A DNA stretch of 64,000 bases from Longimicrobiales bacterium (GCA_965226375.1 CBDDCX010000007.1:416001-480000), one strand, 5' to 3'. Numbered from the stretch's first letter, positions 49,356-60,385 are shown. Translations and numbers: made by a program. The notes: generated by a model from the sequence alone, not told the origin.

Positions 49356-50557
49356 CAGGCGAAACCGATGTTCGTCGCTGGGGCATGCTGGCCCTGGTGT
49401 CGGTGGCCGTGCTCCTGGGTATGTCTGCGTGGTTCACGGCCAGTGCCGCGTCCCCCGTTCTGCAGGCGCGCTGGGGACTGAACTCGAGCCAGGTCGGGTG
49501 GCTCACCACGCTGGTCCAGCTCGGGTTCGTTGCCGGCACGGCCGCCGCCGCTCTGTTGAACCTCGCGGACGTGATCCCGTCCCGTTGGTACTTCGCCTCG
49601 TCGGCGCTATTGGCCGCGCTGGCCAACGCAGGCTTGGTGATCGCGCCCGGTTACGCCGTGGCTCTGGTCTTCCGGTTCTTCACAGGATTCTTCCTGGCGG
49701 GTGTATATCCACCGGCCATGAAGATGATCGCCACCTGGTTCCGGAGCGCTCGCGGAATGGCCATCGGCACTGTGGTGGGTGCCCTCACCGTGGGGAAGGC
49801 CACGCCTTATCTACTCAAGCTGGTCGGGAGTGCGCCCCTTGCCGTGGTGGTGCTCGGCGCGTCGTTGGGAGGCGTGGTCGGCGGGCTGCTGGTGGCTGCG
49901 GCCTACCGTGACGGACCCTACCCTTTTCGGCGAGCCCCATTCTCCTGGTCGCTCATCGCCAGGGTGGCACGCGACCGTCCGACACGCCTGGCCACCGGGG
50001 GCTACCTGGGGCACATGTGGGAGCTCTATGCCATGTGGACCTGGGTGCCCGCCTTCTTGGCTGCGAGTGCGGCCGCTCGGGGCGCGCGTCTGGGCGTATC
50101 GCCCTCTGAGACCGTGGTGGACCTCGTGGCCTTCGGGGCGATCGCCGCGGGTGGCCTCGGTTGTGTGTGGGGCGGTAGAGCCGCCGACCGGATCGGCCGT
50201 GACAAGCTCGTGAACTTCGCGATGGCCGTGAGCGGCGCTTGCTGTCTCCTGGTGGGCTTTCTGTTCGGCCAGAGCTACTGGGTACTCGTGCCGGTGGTGC
50301 TGGTCTGGGGCTTCTTCGTGGTGGCAGACTCCGCCCAGTTCAGCGCGATGGTCACCGAGGTGGCACCGCAGGAGGCCGTCGGAACGGCGCTCACCCTTCA
50401 AACCTCAGTGGGCTTTCTACTCACCATGGCCACGATTCAGGGTGTGCCCGCTCTGACCGACGCTCTGGGCTGGCCGTGGGCTTTTCCGCTCCTCGTCCTG
50501 GGGCCCGTCTTCGGGATCGCTTCGATTCGCAGGATGGCGGCTCCGAGGGACGCCTAA
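49346..50557 (+). CDS. MFS transporter
   Basis: About 12 TM, AGVYPPAMK, GYLGHMWELYAMW, DSAQFSA. Confidence 0.9.
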   Translation: MALTGETDVRRWGMLALVSVAVLLGMSAWFTASAASPVLQARWGLNSSQVGWLTTLVQLGFVAGTAAAALLNLADVIPSRWYFASSALLAALANAGLVIAPGYAVALVFRFFTGFFLAGVYPPAMKMIATWFRSARGMAIGTVVGALTVGKATPYLLKLVGSAPLAVVVLGASLGGVVGGLLVAAAYRDGPYPFRRAPFSWSLIARVARDRPTRLATGGYLGHMWELYAMWTWVPAFLAASAAARGARLGVSPSETVVDLVAFGAIAAGGLGCVWGGRAADRIGRDKLVNFAMAVSGACCLLVGFLFGQSYWVLVPVVLVWGFFVVADSAQFSAMVTEVAPQEAVGTALTLQTSVGFLLTMATIQGVPALTDALGWPWAFPLLVLGPVFGIASIRRMAAPRDA

Positions 50558-50713
50558 AACCTGCTGATCGCGATATTCCTGGGCCACGGAGTGCACACAC
50601 TGAGCCGCCCCGTCGATTCACGCCACGAACTCGGCATGAATGAGCTCCTGTAGTCGCTCTGTGCTTTCCCGCCGGGGTGCGGGGAAGGGGGACCGAACGT
50701 CCACGGAACGTCA

Positions 50714-52090
50714 GTGGTCGCCCTTGCTACTGCTTGGGTCCTTTGGATCTCGGGTGGTGGCACGAGGGGCTTCCTGATTCTCCACCTCCTCCACTTTGCC
50801 GGTGCGGCGGTGGCTCTGCTGACCCTGTACCGGTTGGCCCGTCCCTTGTTCGGCCGCGTCGCGACCTTGCTTTTGGGCTCATGCGTACTGCTCCATCCGG
50901 TCTTCTCGACCCAGGTGGGCTACCTCTACCTGGAGATGCCCCTCTTCCCCCTCACGGTCCTTGCACTTCTAGCCTGGATAGAGCGGAGGTTTTGGCCGGC
51001 GGTGATGTGGGCCACGCTCGCTTATGCGACCAAGGAAACGGGAATCATCGTTCCGGCCACCTTCGTTCTGGCCACGCTGATCGAACGGCGAGACCTGCTC
51101 GAAAAAGTGAGACGCATTGTGCGGATCGTCGCCTTTCCGGCCGTGTGGACGGCCGGCGTCTTCCTTCTGAGTCGAATCGCGGTGAGTCAGGCTGAGGATT
51201 TCGCTTTTTTACCGTCGCACGATGCCGTCTTCGGGGGAATCGGACAGTACCTGGTCCGTTTCCTGCTCAACGTGCCCGATCTGCCCGTGTTCATCGCTGC
51301 GTTTTTCGTGACGGCTATCGTGTTATGCGTCCCGATCTTCAAAGCACTTCGAAGCGAGCCTTTGGACTCTGCCGCCCGGACCCCGGAGCATCAGCAGCTC
51401 CTCGTTCTGGGGTACAGCGGGGTGCTCATCGTACTCTGCATACTGCTCTTCATGGTGGTTCTCCCCGTGGCGGCCGGGTTCACCGTTGTGCTCCCCCGCT
51501 ACTACGTGATGATCCTGCCGTTTCTCCTGCTCTGGGTGGGTTACGGCATGAAGCGACTCCTGGGCCGTCGCCTCACGTCGCCCGCAGCGGTCTGCTTCGT
51601 GCTCTTGGCCGCCTTCTTCGCCCTCAACACGAGCGGTGCTCTATATCCGTTGGACATCGACACCGAGGGCCCGGGGAATGACCCTGCGCTCACGGAGCGC
51701 TCCGCGGCGTACCGTCGTCTCCAGGCCCTGGAGGTCGCCGCCATCCACGCTCTGGAGGCACTCCCGTCAGGGGTGCCGGTCTATTACGGACACTACGAGC
51801 ACTACCTCTTGGCATTCCCAGGGCTCGGATACTCCAGTGGTCCGCTCTCCAACGGGCATAACTTTTCGGTCGAGTCCCTCGCGGAGCTCATCAGGGGAGA
51901 GCCGATGCCTCCCTGTGTCTATGTTCTTTACAACTACCCATGGCTCGGCGGAGAAAAAATCCTCGGCCTGATCCGCTTTGCCGAGATGACCCCGGGGCTG
52001 TCGGCCGACGTGGTCAGGGAGTTCCGAGATGGGCGATATGTGATCATCCTGGCCCGAATCCGAAGCGGAGATGCAGATTGTCCGGTATGA
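50714..52090 (+). CDS. Polytopic membrane protein, GT-C/ArnT-PMT-like glycosyltransferase candidate (possibly 5'-truncated)
   Basis: Many TM helices, YLEMP, ATKETG, LPRYY; begins abruptly inside a hydrophobic segment. Confidence 0.55.
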   Translation: MVALATAWVLWISGGGTRGFLILHLLHFAGAAVALLTLYRLARPLFGRVATLLLGSCVLLHPVFSTQVGYLYLEMPLFPLTVLALLAWIERRFWPAVMWATLAYATKETGIIVPATFVLATLIERRDLLEKVRRIVRIVAFPAVWTAGVFLLSRIAVSQAEDFAFLPSHDAVFGGIGQYLVRFLLNVPDLPVFIAAFFVTAIVLCVPIFKALRSEPLDSAARTPEHQQLLVLGYSGVLIVLCILLFMVVLPVAAGFTVVLPRYYVMILPFLLLWVGYGMKRLLGRRLTSPAAVCFVLLAAFFALNTSGALYPLDIDTEGPGNDPALTERSAAYRRLQALEVAAIHALEALPSGVPVYYGHYEHYLLAFPGLGYSSGPLSNGHNFSVESLAELIRGEPMPPCVYVLYNYPWLGGEKILGLIRFAEMTPGLSADVVREFRDGRYVIILARIRSGDADCPV

Positions 52091-52952
52091 ACATTCCCTT
52101 CAATCGGCCTTACCTGGTCGGGTCCGAATTCGAACGCATGCGAGAGGCTGTGGAAGGCCGAATGATCGCGGAGGGCGGACCCTTCACGGACCAGTGCGAG
52201 AAACTCCTTGTGGACATGACCGGCACCGAGGCCGCGTTGCTCACGTCCTCCTGCACCCACGCCCTGGAGATGGCTGCTCTATTGCTGGACCTGAAGGAGG
52301 GAGACGAGGTCCTGATGCCCTCCTTCACTTTTGTCAGCACGGCCAACGCGTTCGCGCTCAGAGGAGCAAGACCGGTCTTCGTCGACATCCGGTCCGATAC
52401 CCTCAACCTCGATGAGCGACTTCTGGCGTCCAAGATCACGATACGGACCCGCGCGGTCGTGGTCGTCCACTACGCGGGGGTGGGCTGCGAGATGGATGCG
52501 ATCCGGTCGGTAGCCGATGAGGCCGGACTCTCCATCATCGAAGACAACGCCCACGGTCTTCTGGGAAGCTATAAGGGAAAACCGCTGGGGACGTTTGGGG
52601 TCATGGCCACACAGAGCTTCCACGAGACCAAGAACCTGACGTGCGGCAAGGGCGGGGCACTCCTCCTGAACGATACCGATCTGTTGGACAGGGCGAAGGT
52701 CATCCGGAACAAGGGTACGAATCGCGCCCAGTTCATGGAGGGTCTGGTGGACAAGTACACCTGGGTCGGACTGGGCTCGAGCTATCAGCCCTCCGACCTC
52801 TTGTCCGCCTTCCTCCTCTGCCAGTTCGAGGCGAGAGCTCTCATTCAACAGAAGCGGGGTGAAATCTGGCAGCGCTACCAAGATGGGTTGGCGGAGTGGG
52901 CCAACGCCGAAGGCGTGCAGCTACCGACCATCCCGGACCACGTCCAACAGCC

Positions 52953-54262
52953 TGAACCGCGCACCTGATGGTTAACACAAGTGTGCCAGCTGATGGTTAA
53001 CAGATTGGGTTACGTCCTGTGTTACCGTGGGTGTCGAAAATGACGAAGAGTTCTTCGTCAAACCACCCGAGGGTAGTGGGACCGAAGTAGACCTGCCACA
53101 GAGCGGGGCCGATGGGTTCGAGCCCGATGAACTCGTTGCCCAGAGCCGAACTGATGTTGATCCAACGCGAGTGCCAGCGGATGGCTCCGTTTGTAGAGAC
53201 CTTACGGACCTCGAAGTGCTCAGGGTACTCGATGGGCGGAAGGACGTCGGGGTAGGCTCTAAGAGCCGATCGGTAGACGGAATGGGGAGTAGCGTCGTCG
53301 AGCGCCTCGTGGGGGCGGATGTGATTGAATGTGTGGCGGAAGTCGTTGAAGTGGCGCTGCTGGGCACTGAGGTTGGCCTTGGGCGGGCGAGTGGCTTCAC
53401 GCTTGAGGGTCCTGTGCATGCGTTCGTGTCGGCCGTTCTGCTGCGGCTTACCCGGCTCGATGGTCTCAGGACGGATACCGAGGCGGATCCACCAGGCACT
53501 CAGGCGTGTGAGGCGAGCGAGGCCGATGGAAGCGAAGGGCGTACCATTGTCGGAGCGGATGACGGCGGGCAGACCGAACTCGCGGAAAGTCCTGATGAAC
53601 ACAGGCTTGGCGAGCTCGATCGACGTGGAATACAGCCCTGTGCACTCGAGCAGGAACCGGCTGAAGCCGTCCTGGATCGTGAGGGGGTAGCAGTAGCGAC
53701 CGTTGCGCATCTTGAACTGCCCTTTGAAGTCGACGGTCCAGACCGCATTGGGCTCATCCATCGCAGTGAGCGGCTTGCCGGGGTGGCCCGGTTTGCCGGA
53801 GCGTCTGCGCTTCTTCGTGATCAGGTCGTGACGCTCGAAGATGCGATCGATCGTCCTGCGAACTGGGGCCGAGCCAAACTTCTCAGCTGTGAGTTTACGG
53901 ATCTTGCGTGATCCCCATCCGTAGCGCTGACGCAGGTCGACGACGTGTTCGACGATCGGCTCCTCCACGGCGTGTGGGCAGTGATGGGGTCGGCGCGATC
54001 GCTCTTGCAGTCCCTCGAATCCCTCTGCGCGGAAGCGATTCCACCAGGTGTATCCCGCGGTCCTGCTGATACCGTAGCGCCTACAGGACTCGGCGAAACT
54101 GAACGTCCGTTGTTGCACTTCGAGGATGAAGCGTACTCTTTGCTCGTACATGGTCGACCGGTTCCAGTCCATCGGGCTCTCCTTGTTGCAGAACCCTGGT
54201 TGATAGGAACCTGTCAACCATCAGTGTAGGCCATTGTGTAAAGGATCAGGGTAGGCTGTACC
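52953..54262 (-). mobile_element. IS481-family insertion sequence
   Basis: Single transposase ORF; imperfect terminal inverted repeats of about 54 bp, each with two TGTnAAnnATCAG boxes; short flanking duplication (GCC exact; ACAGCC vs ACCGCC); ends accurate to a few bp. Confidence 0.9.
52997..54172 (-). CDS. IS481-family DDE transposase
   Basis: N-terminal HTH (CRRYGISRTAGYTW), WTVDFKG, SDNG, QNGRHERMHRTLK; AAGGAG RBS. Confidence 0.93.
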   Translation of the reverse strand: MDWNRSTMYEQRVRFILEVQQRTFSFAESCRRYGISRTAGYTWWNRFRAEGFEGLQERSRRPHHCPHAVEEPIVEHVVDLRQRYGWGSRKIRKLTAEKFGSAPVRRTIDRIFERHDLITKKRRRSGKPGHPGKPLTAMDEPNAVWTVDFKGQFKMRNGRYCYPLTIQDGFSRFLLECTGLYSTSIELAKPVFIRTFREFGLPAVIRSDNGTPFASIGLARLTRLSAWWIRLGIRPETIEPGKPQQNGRHERMHRTLKREATRPPKANLSAQQRHFNDFRHTFNHIRPHEALDDATPHSVYRSALRAYPDVLPPIEYPEHFEVRKVSTNGAIRWHSRWINISSALGNEFIGLEPIGPALWQVYFGPTTLGWFDEELFVIFDTHGNTGRNPIC

Positions 54263-54547
54263 GCCCTTTCACATGTACTACCTGTTGCTTCCGACCGCCG
54301 AGCACCGGAGCCGGTTCATCGCCTTCCTGAAGGGAAAGGGCGTGCACGCCGTCTTCCATTACGTGCCACTGAACCTCTCGCCCATGGGAGAGAGTCTCGG
54401 GGCCCGGCCCGGCGACTGCCCCGTGGCCGAGGACGTGAGTCGTCGTCTGGTGCGACTCCCCTTTTTCACCGGCCTGGATGAGGAGGCGCAAGACACCGTT
54501 ATGAAAACCGTGCGGCAATACCGTTGTCGGTGAAACACATGATGGGC

Positions 54548-55168
54548 TCACCCCGGTTCCGGCTGACACTCCACGAACAAGTGCGTATAGGGAATGCGCA
54601 GCAGGTCGTGTCTCACCTGGAAGGTCGCCGAGGGAAAGGTAGACCCGATCAGATGCTGCCACCCCTCGAGTGATCGCACGTGGTCGCCCCGGTCCCGGTC
54701 GATGATATAGCGGGCCACCCGGGACTGACCCTCGATGTAGCAGGGATCGAGCATCACCAGCCGGCCGCCGGGTTTCAAGCTGGAACGAGCAAGGCTCAGA
54801 AACTCCCTCGCCTGCTCGTCGTCCAGGTGATGGAGCACGCCCATGGCGAGAACCAGATCGTAGTGTGCCTTCTCGGTCATGGTCTCCGGACCGAGCGGAC
54901 CGAGCCGGAACGTCGCCCGATTTCCGAAGCGTTTCCGGGCCTCGGCCACGTAGTTGGCATCGATGTCGATACCCACGTAGTCCACGTCGGGGAGATAATC
55001 GAGCAGGTCCGCCGGGCCGCACCCACAGTCCAGAACCCGATCGGATTCCTTCGGCCGGATATATCTGGCCACACACTCTGTCCGGCCCCGATGAGCTCCG
55101 GTGAGTGTTGCGAACAGGCGATAAACTTTGGGGAGCGAAAGAATCCGCCTGGGATCCCAAACGTGCAT
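54548..55168 (-). CDS. Class I SAM-dependent methyltransferase
   Basis: VLDCGCGP, GVLHHL, LKPGG. Confidence 0.9.
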   Translation of the reverse strand: MHVWDPRRILSLPKVYRLFATLTGAHRGRTECVARYIRPKESDRVLDCGCGPADLLDYLPDVDYVGIDIDANYVAEARKRFGNRATFRLGPLGPETMTEKAHYDLVLAMGVLHHLDDEQAREFLSLARSSLKPGGRLVMLDPCYIEGQSRVARYIIDRDRGDHVRSLEGWQHLIGSTFPSATFQVRHDLLRIPYTHLFVECQPEPG

Positions 55169-55249
55169 GCCACCAGCTAGAGAGGACAGGCCAGTTCAAC
55201 CTTTCGAGACCGTGAGTAAAACGACACGTGCCTCCACGATAGCGTGCTT

Positions 55250-55633
55250 CTAGTCCTTCCGCACCGCCACCTTCGGATCCTCTCCCGCCGCTGTGAACTT
55301 CTTGTCGGGGCTCCCGTGCAGCACCGCCGAGACGGCTGCCGTGAACTCGGTCCAGTCCGCGTATTGAATCGCCAGTTGCTGCTTCCCACTTGCTGTAAGG
55401 CTGTAGTACTTCGCTCTGCGGCCGGTCCTCGATAGCCCCCAAGCCGCCTCGAGCAGGCCACGCTCTTCGAGACGATGAAGGGCCGGGTACATGACACCCT
55501 CGGCCACATCCAACACGCCATGGCTTATTTCACGCAGCATCTGCCCGAGGTCGTACCCATGGCGAGCTTGATCTTGAACGGCTCGCAGGATCAGGATGTC
55601 CAGCGTGCCAGTAAACAAGTCACTTCCGCTCAT
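55250..55633 (-). CDS. PadR-family transcriptional regulator
   Basis: GTLDILIL, HGY, MYPALHRLE, RRAKYYSLT. Confidence 0.9.
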   Translation of the reverse strand: MSGSDLFTGTLDILILRAVQDQARHGYDLGQMLREISHGVLDVAEGVMYPALHRLEERGLLEAAWGLSRTGRRAKYYSLTASGKQQLAIQYADWTEFTAAVSAVLHGSPDKKFTAAGEDPKVAVRKD

Positions 55634-55851
55634 CTCGCCTCCCCAACCCACGGTCCGTCGCCTCTGACGGGTTCCGGTTCGCGACACCCCCACGCGAGCA
55701 TGCGTCCGAGAGCACACCGTACGAGTGGTCTCCAGAACACGTACGACCGAGGATGCAGGGCGTGACCAGGCGTCAGACGTGCCGGTCCGGGTCGGGCAGC
55801 CGATCCTCCAGGGGGATTCGAGCCCCCACGGTGCCTGCGTAGACGGAGCCC

Positions 55852-57994
55852 CTACGGTGCCTGTGGGGACGGAGCGGGCCCCCACAGGATTGCCATGGCT
55901 TCGGCGTAGGGGACCAGCTCGGGGGCAGCCTCCGGGGCCTTGGGCACGAACACGAAGGCCGCCCGATCCGGGTACAGGGTGAGAACGCGTCGGTTTTTTT
56001 CCGGACCGAGATCCCGCACGAACAGGGGTCGACCCTCTTCGATTCCCGGGAGGTCACCTTGCCAGACCAGAGGGGCCAGGGCCACGGCACCAAAACGGTC
56101 GGCCCGCAGCTGCTGCATGCAGGAATCCGGAAACACTTCGTTGGGACGGATGCGTAGGGTGGCCCCGGCCGGTGCCGGCGGTCGCTGAATGTCAGCAGGG
56201 GTTCCGGGACTCTGATTCAGATCGACGGGCGGCATGGTGACACCCAGGACTCCCATGGCCTCGGCGTCGCGCGCCAACGCATACAAATGCAGCTGGCAGT
56301 TCGTGTTTCTCCTGAGCGCCGTGATGACGGTGTCCTGACGAACGCCCCCGGTTCCCTGGAGCGAGGAGCTCAGGCGCTCGTTCCACGACGTATGCACGAA
56401 GACGATGGACGCGGACTCGGTGGGTGGTTGAGGCATCGTGATGCGGTCCAGCGTTTCCTGACTCCATCCATAGTTGGCCCAGCGCCTAGGAACGCCCCAA
56501 CCTACCGCTCCGACGACTCCCAGGACCACGGCCCAGGTGGCCATGTCCTTGACCCAGCGATTCTGCACACCCTCACCGCGGGCCAACGCGACGGCAGCCA
56601 GCACGGCTATTGCGATCCACGCGGGGGCGGCCTCGAACAGCATGCGCACGTCGTGAAACCAGTAGGACGAGTTGGCGAGTACCGGTAGCGTGGCCCATGC
56701 CAGGAGCACCCCCATCCCCCTGGGAAGCTCGAAAACAGTCAGGAGATAGAGACCGATGAACAGGGTGATGGGAAAGGGCGTCTCGAGAAGCTGGATGCCC
56801 ATGCTCAACACGTCCGACGACGTGAAGCCCAGCGCCTCCTCCAGCGAGTACGGTAACCCCACGGATCCATGTGGAAGCCTAGGCGGTGATGGTCCCCGAA
56901 CGCGGCCAGATACCCGACGGTCCACGGATGCCCGAACAGCCGGCTGTTGTACCAACCGAGCATCACGGCGAATGGTGCTCCGCCGAGCAGCGTGAAGCCC
57001 GCGCGCGTGGTCAGCCAAGTGACAGGCGGAGCGGTCGCGCGGATGGCGTGCGGCACCCAAATCCCGAGCGTGAACACGCTTCCCAGGACGAGGCCGACCA
57101 GGGGTCGGTCCGACACCATGAGCCCCACGCCCGCTCCCGCCGCCAGTGCCCACCACGGGCTGCCGTCCCGAGCTCGTAGAGCCGCGTACAACGCCGCGGC
57201 AGCAAAGGCGCCCGCGGACACGTGACTCATGGACCCGCCTCCCAGAAAGAGGAGGAAGGGGCTCAGAGCTACGGCCAAGGCCGCTACACGGGCCAGCCCG
57301 CGTCGGTCGGGGAGGAGACGTGGGAAGGAGAGTGCTACGAAGCCGGCCAGCGCTGCGGCAAATACGGGACCCAACAGCATCGGGGTGCCCAGTCGGGTGA
57401 GGCCGGCCATGGCAAAGAGGTGCATCGGCGGGAAGTGAGAGACCCAGCCGTCGGCTACCAGTGAGAGACCCAGCCGTCGGCTACCATGAGCGTGGGGATC
57501 AGCCAAGCGTCCGGAGCATCGGATATCGGGCCAGCCAGCATTCCGCGGGCCAGGTACCGAGCCTGAATCGCCGAGGCGATCTCGTCCACGTTGGTGAAGA
57601 ACCCTCGGTAGAGAACACGCCCGGCGATCATCGCAAGTACCCCCGACAACGCCCCCAGCGACAGCGCGAAGGCTCCCTGAGACGGCCGTTCGATCCAGGC
57701 GACAAAGCGATCGCCCGCGAGCCGTGGTAGCCTGGATGGAAAGAGGCGAGCCAGAAGCCAGGCGAGCAGCGCGATGACCAGTGTGCCCCACCAGGCCATT
57801 TGGAGGGTCACCTCCGCCACCTCGACACTCACTTGCCGGTGGGGCGCCTCGGCCGACGTATCCATGATGCGGTAGATGGGGGCGAAGGCGAAGACGAGGA
57901 TGCCCAGGCCCAGAGCCTGCTGGGCCCGCCTGACCCAGCCGCCGGCCGGCCGAATTTCGGGGCTGGCGCCGTCGGGGGGTGGGGCGGGTGTCAT
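55852..57994 (-). pseudogene. Large polytopic membrane protein (GT-C-like), broken into three frames
   Basis: NVDE..QARYLARG, SHFPP, MSH, YWF; 26-bp duplication at 57434-57485 and 1-bp deletion near 56852. Confidence 0.75.
57434..57485. repeat. Perfect 26-bp tandem duplication (frameshifting)
   Basis: AGTGAGAGACCCAGCCGTCGGCTACC x2. Confidence 0.95.
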
Positions 57995-58037
57995 CGTGAC
58001 CGGGTGATGGCGGTGCCCGCGCTCCGGTGACCCAGCA

Positions 58038-59618
58038 CTAGTGGCTCTTGATGTTGAGACCGGCCGGTGTGACCACTCGTTCCAATACTCCCAACGCTCC
58101 GTCCACGACGAACGCGAGGACGGCGGCAGGAAGAGCTCCCGACAGGATCATCTGCGTGTCGCTTAGGGCGAGTCCCGCCACGATGGGGTCGCCCAGGCCT
58201 CCAGCACCGATGAAGGCGGCCAGCGTCGCCGTACCTACGGTGATGACCGCGGCTGTCCGCACACCAGCCATGATGACCGGCACGGCCAGGGGGCAACGGA
58301 TGTAACGCAGGATCTGGCTATTGGTCATGCCCAACGAGCGGGCGGAGTCCACGGCGGCCGGGTCCGCATCACGAATGCCCGTGTACGTGTTTCGCAGAAT
58401 GGGGAACAGCGAATACAGGAATAGTGCCATGAGGGCCGGCACTACACCGATGCCCAGCGTCGGAATCATGAAAGCCAGAAGAGCGATGCTCGGGATGGTC
58501 TGGAAGAGCCCGACCGCTCGGATCACCACCTCGGCCCGACGCTGTGCCTTATCCAAGATCAAACCCAGCGGAATGGCCACCAGGCATGCGGCCAGGAGTG
58601 ATACGATCACGAGAAGGAGATGTCGCGCCGTGAGCGCCACCGTCTGATCTCGGTGCTCCCAGAGGTAGACACTCAAAGGGGTCTGCCTGGCATCGCCGTC
58701 ACTGACGATGCGCACGGCCGGCCCTCCGACGAGCCCGATCTCCGTCAACGCGTCGCCGGCCACGACCGCCAATTCCTCCCCGTCGACCTCCACGCGACGG
58801 TTCAGCCGCCGCATCAACTCTTCGTCCAGCATCCCCGCGAGCTCCGAAAGTGCCCGTACGGCGTCCGGGCGAGCCTGCCAGAGGTCTCGCCCCACCACGG
58901 GTGCGGCTTGGTACGGAGGAAAGAAGTCCAGATCGTCGGCCAGGACCACCAGATCGAATCGGTCGATCAGACCGTCGGTGGAGTATCCGTCGATCACGTC
59001 GACTTCCCCCAGAGCCAGCGCCTCGTACTTGACCGCCTGAAGGAGCGAGCGAACGTCACGCAATCGCAGGCCGTACGCGCCTTCCAGACCCGGCAGTCCA
59101 TCGGACCGTCCGATGAAATCTGGCGAAAACCCGCCCACGTACCGGGAGGCCACGTCCGCCAGATCCGAGAGCGTGCGCAGGCCGTCGCTCTCTGCCGACG
59201 TTGGCCTCACCGCGATGGCATACGTGTTCTCGAACCCCAACGGAGGCAGCCAGTGAATCCCCCAGCGTTCCCGGAACGCCCTCGAGACGGTCCGGAAGAC
59301 CTGCTCGGGCGTCCCTTCCGGGGTCTGGTCGAGGATCGCCACAAGCCCCGTGCCCGTGTACTCCGGGTAGACGTCTACGTCACCACTACGAAGCGCCTGG
59401 AACGCGATCTCGGTAGCTCCCAGGCCGAGACGACGCTCGACGGTGATGCCCCGGCTCTCCAGGAGCTGGGCGAACATCTCCGCCAGCAGGAACGACTCGC
59501 CGAAAGGCTTGGAAGCCACGACGATGGGAGCAAGCTGGGCCATCGTGTTCGCCGGGATCACTGCCGGGCCCAGACAAAGCGCGATCAAGGCGAGCATGAG
59601 CCGGGTACGCCCGCTCAC
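58038..59618 (-). CDS. Betaine-type (OpuBC/ProX-like) substrate-binding protein fused to ABC permease
   Basis: Signal peptide, YPEYTGT, GFENTYA, FPPY; permease QTIPSIALL, AFIGAGGLG. Confidence 0.9.
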   Translation of the reverse strand: MSGRTRLMLALIALCLGPAVIPANTMAQLAPIVVASKPFGESFLLAEMFAQLLESRGITVERRLGLGATEIAFQALRSGDVDVYPEYTGTGLVAILDQTPEGTPEQVFRTVSRAFRERWGIHWLPPLGFENTYAIAVRPTSAESDGLRTLSDLADVASRYVGGFSPDFIGRSDGLPGLEGAYGLRLRDVRSLLQAVKYEALALGEVDVIDGYSTDGLIDRFDLVVLADDLDFFPPYQAAPVVGRDLWQARPDAVRALSELAGMLDEELMRRLNRRVEVDGEELAVVAGDALTEIGLVGGPAVRIVSDGDARQTPLSVYLWEHRDQTVALTARHLLLVIVSLLAACLVAIPLGLILDKAQRRAEVVIRAVGLFQTIPSIALLAFMIPTLGIGVVPALMALFLYSLFPILRNTYTGIRDADPAAVDSARSLGMTNSQILRYIRCPLAVPVIMAGVRTAAVITVGTATLAAFIGAGGLGDPIVAGLALSDTQMILSGALPAAVLAFVVDGALGVLERVVTPAGLNIKSH

Positions 59619-60385
59619 GTGGCACCTCCGACCCCGGCACGTTCCAGCAGGTGCCGCACGTAGTCCGTGGCGGGGGCATCACGTATGACCTGGGGGGCCG
59701 CCACCTGCTCCAGCCGCCCACTGCGGAGCACCGCGACGCGGTCCGCCATATGCATGGCGCTCTGAATGTCGTGTGTAACCATCAGCACGGTGACACCGAT
59801 TTCATGGAGGAGCGCCTGCACCGCCTCGACGAGCTCGGCGCGCGTTATGGCGTCCAGGGCCCTGAAGGGCTCATCCAACAGAATGATCTCGGGCTCTGCG
59901 GCCAGAGCTCGGGCCAGCGCCACCCGCTGTCGTTCACCGCCGGAAAGCTCACGGGGAAAGCGCTTGGCGAACTCCTCTGGAGGCAATCCGACCAGCCGGA
60001 GTGCCTTGAGGGCCAGGTCCCGCGGAGAACCCATGGTCCGTAGCCAAGGGACCAGAGCCACATTACGCATGATCGTCCAGTGGGGAATGAGGCCGCCTTC
60101 CTGCTGTACGTACCCGATGGATCGCCGGAGGCGCACCGGATTGAGCGTTCCGATCTCCCGACCGCCCACGGACACTTTGCCTGCGTCGGCAGACACCATC
60201 CGGTTGAACAGGCGAAGTAAAGTGGTCTTGCCCGCGCCGCTCTCGCCCACAAGAGCCATGACCTCACGCTTGGCCACGGTCAGGGAGACGCCATCGAGAA
60301 CGGAGACGGCCCCGAACCGCTTCTCAACCGCTTCGGCGGACAGGGCAGGGGCGTCCTCGGGTAGGGCGTCGTCGAGCATTCCCAA
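59615..60385 (-). CDS. ABC transporter ATP-binding protein (OpuA/ProV-like)
   Basis: GESGAGKT, LRRSIGYVQQ, LSGGERQR, LDEPF. Confidence 0.9.
   Translation of the reverse strand: MGMLDDALPEDAPALSAEAVEKRFGAVSVLDGVSLTVAKREVMALVGESGAGKTTLLRLFNRMVSADAGKVSVGGREIGTLNPVRLRRSIGYVQQEGGLIPHWTIMRNVALVPWLRTMGSPRDLALKALRLVGLPPEEFAKRFPRELSGGERQRVALARALAAEPEIILLDEPFRALDAITRAELVEAVQALLHEIGVTVLMVTHDIQSAMHMADRVAVLRSGRLEQVAAPQVIRDAPATDYVRHLLERAGVGGAT

Larger units (their letters stand above)
52087..54533 (+). pseudogene. wecE: dTDP-4-amino-4,6-dideoxygalactose transaminase interrupted by an IS481-family element
   Basis: MNIPFNRP, SCTHALE, EDNAH, SFHETKN to HVQQP; resumes at FHMYY..FHYVPL..RLVRLP; removing 52953-54265 restores a 377-aa ORF. 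Confidence 0.92.
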
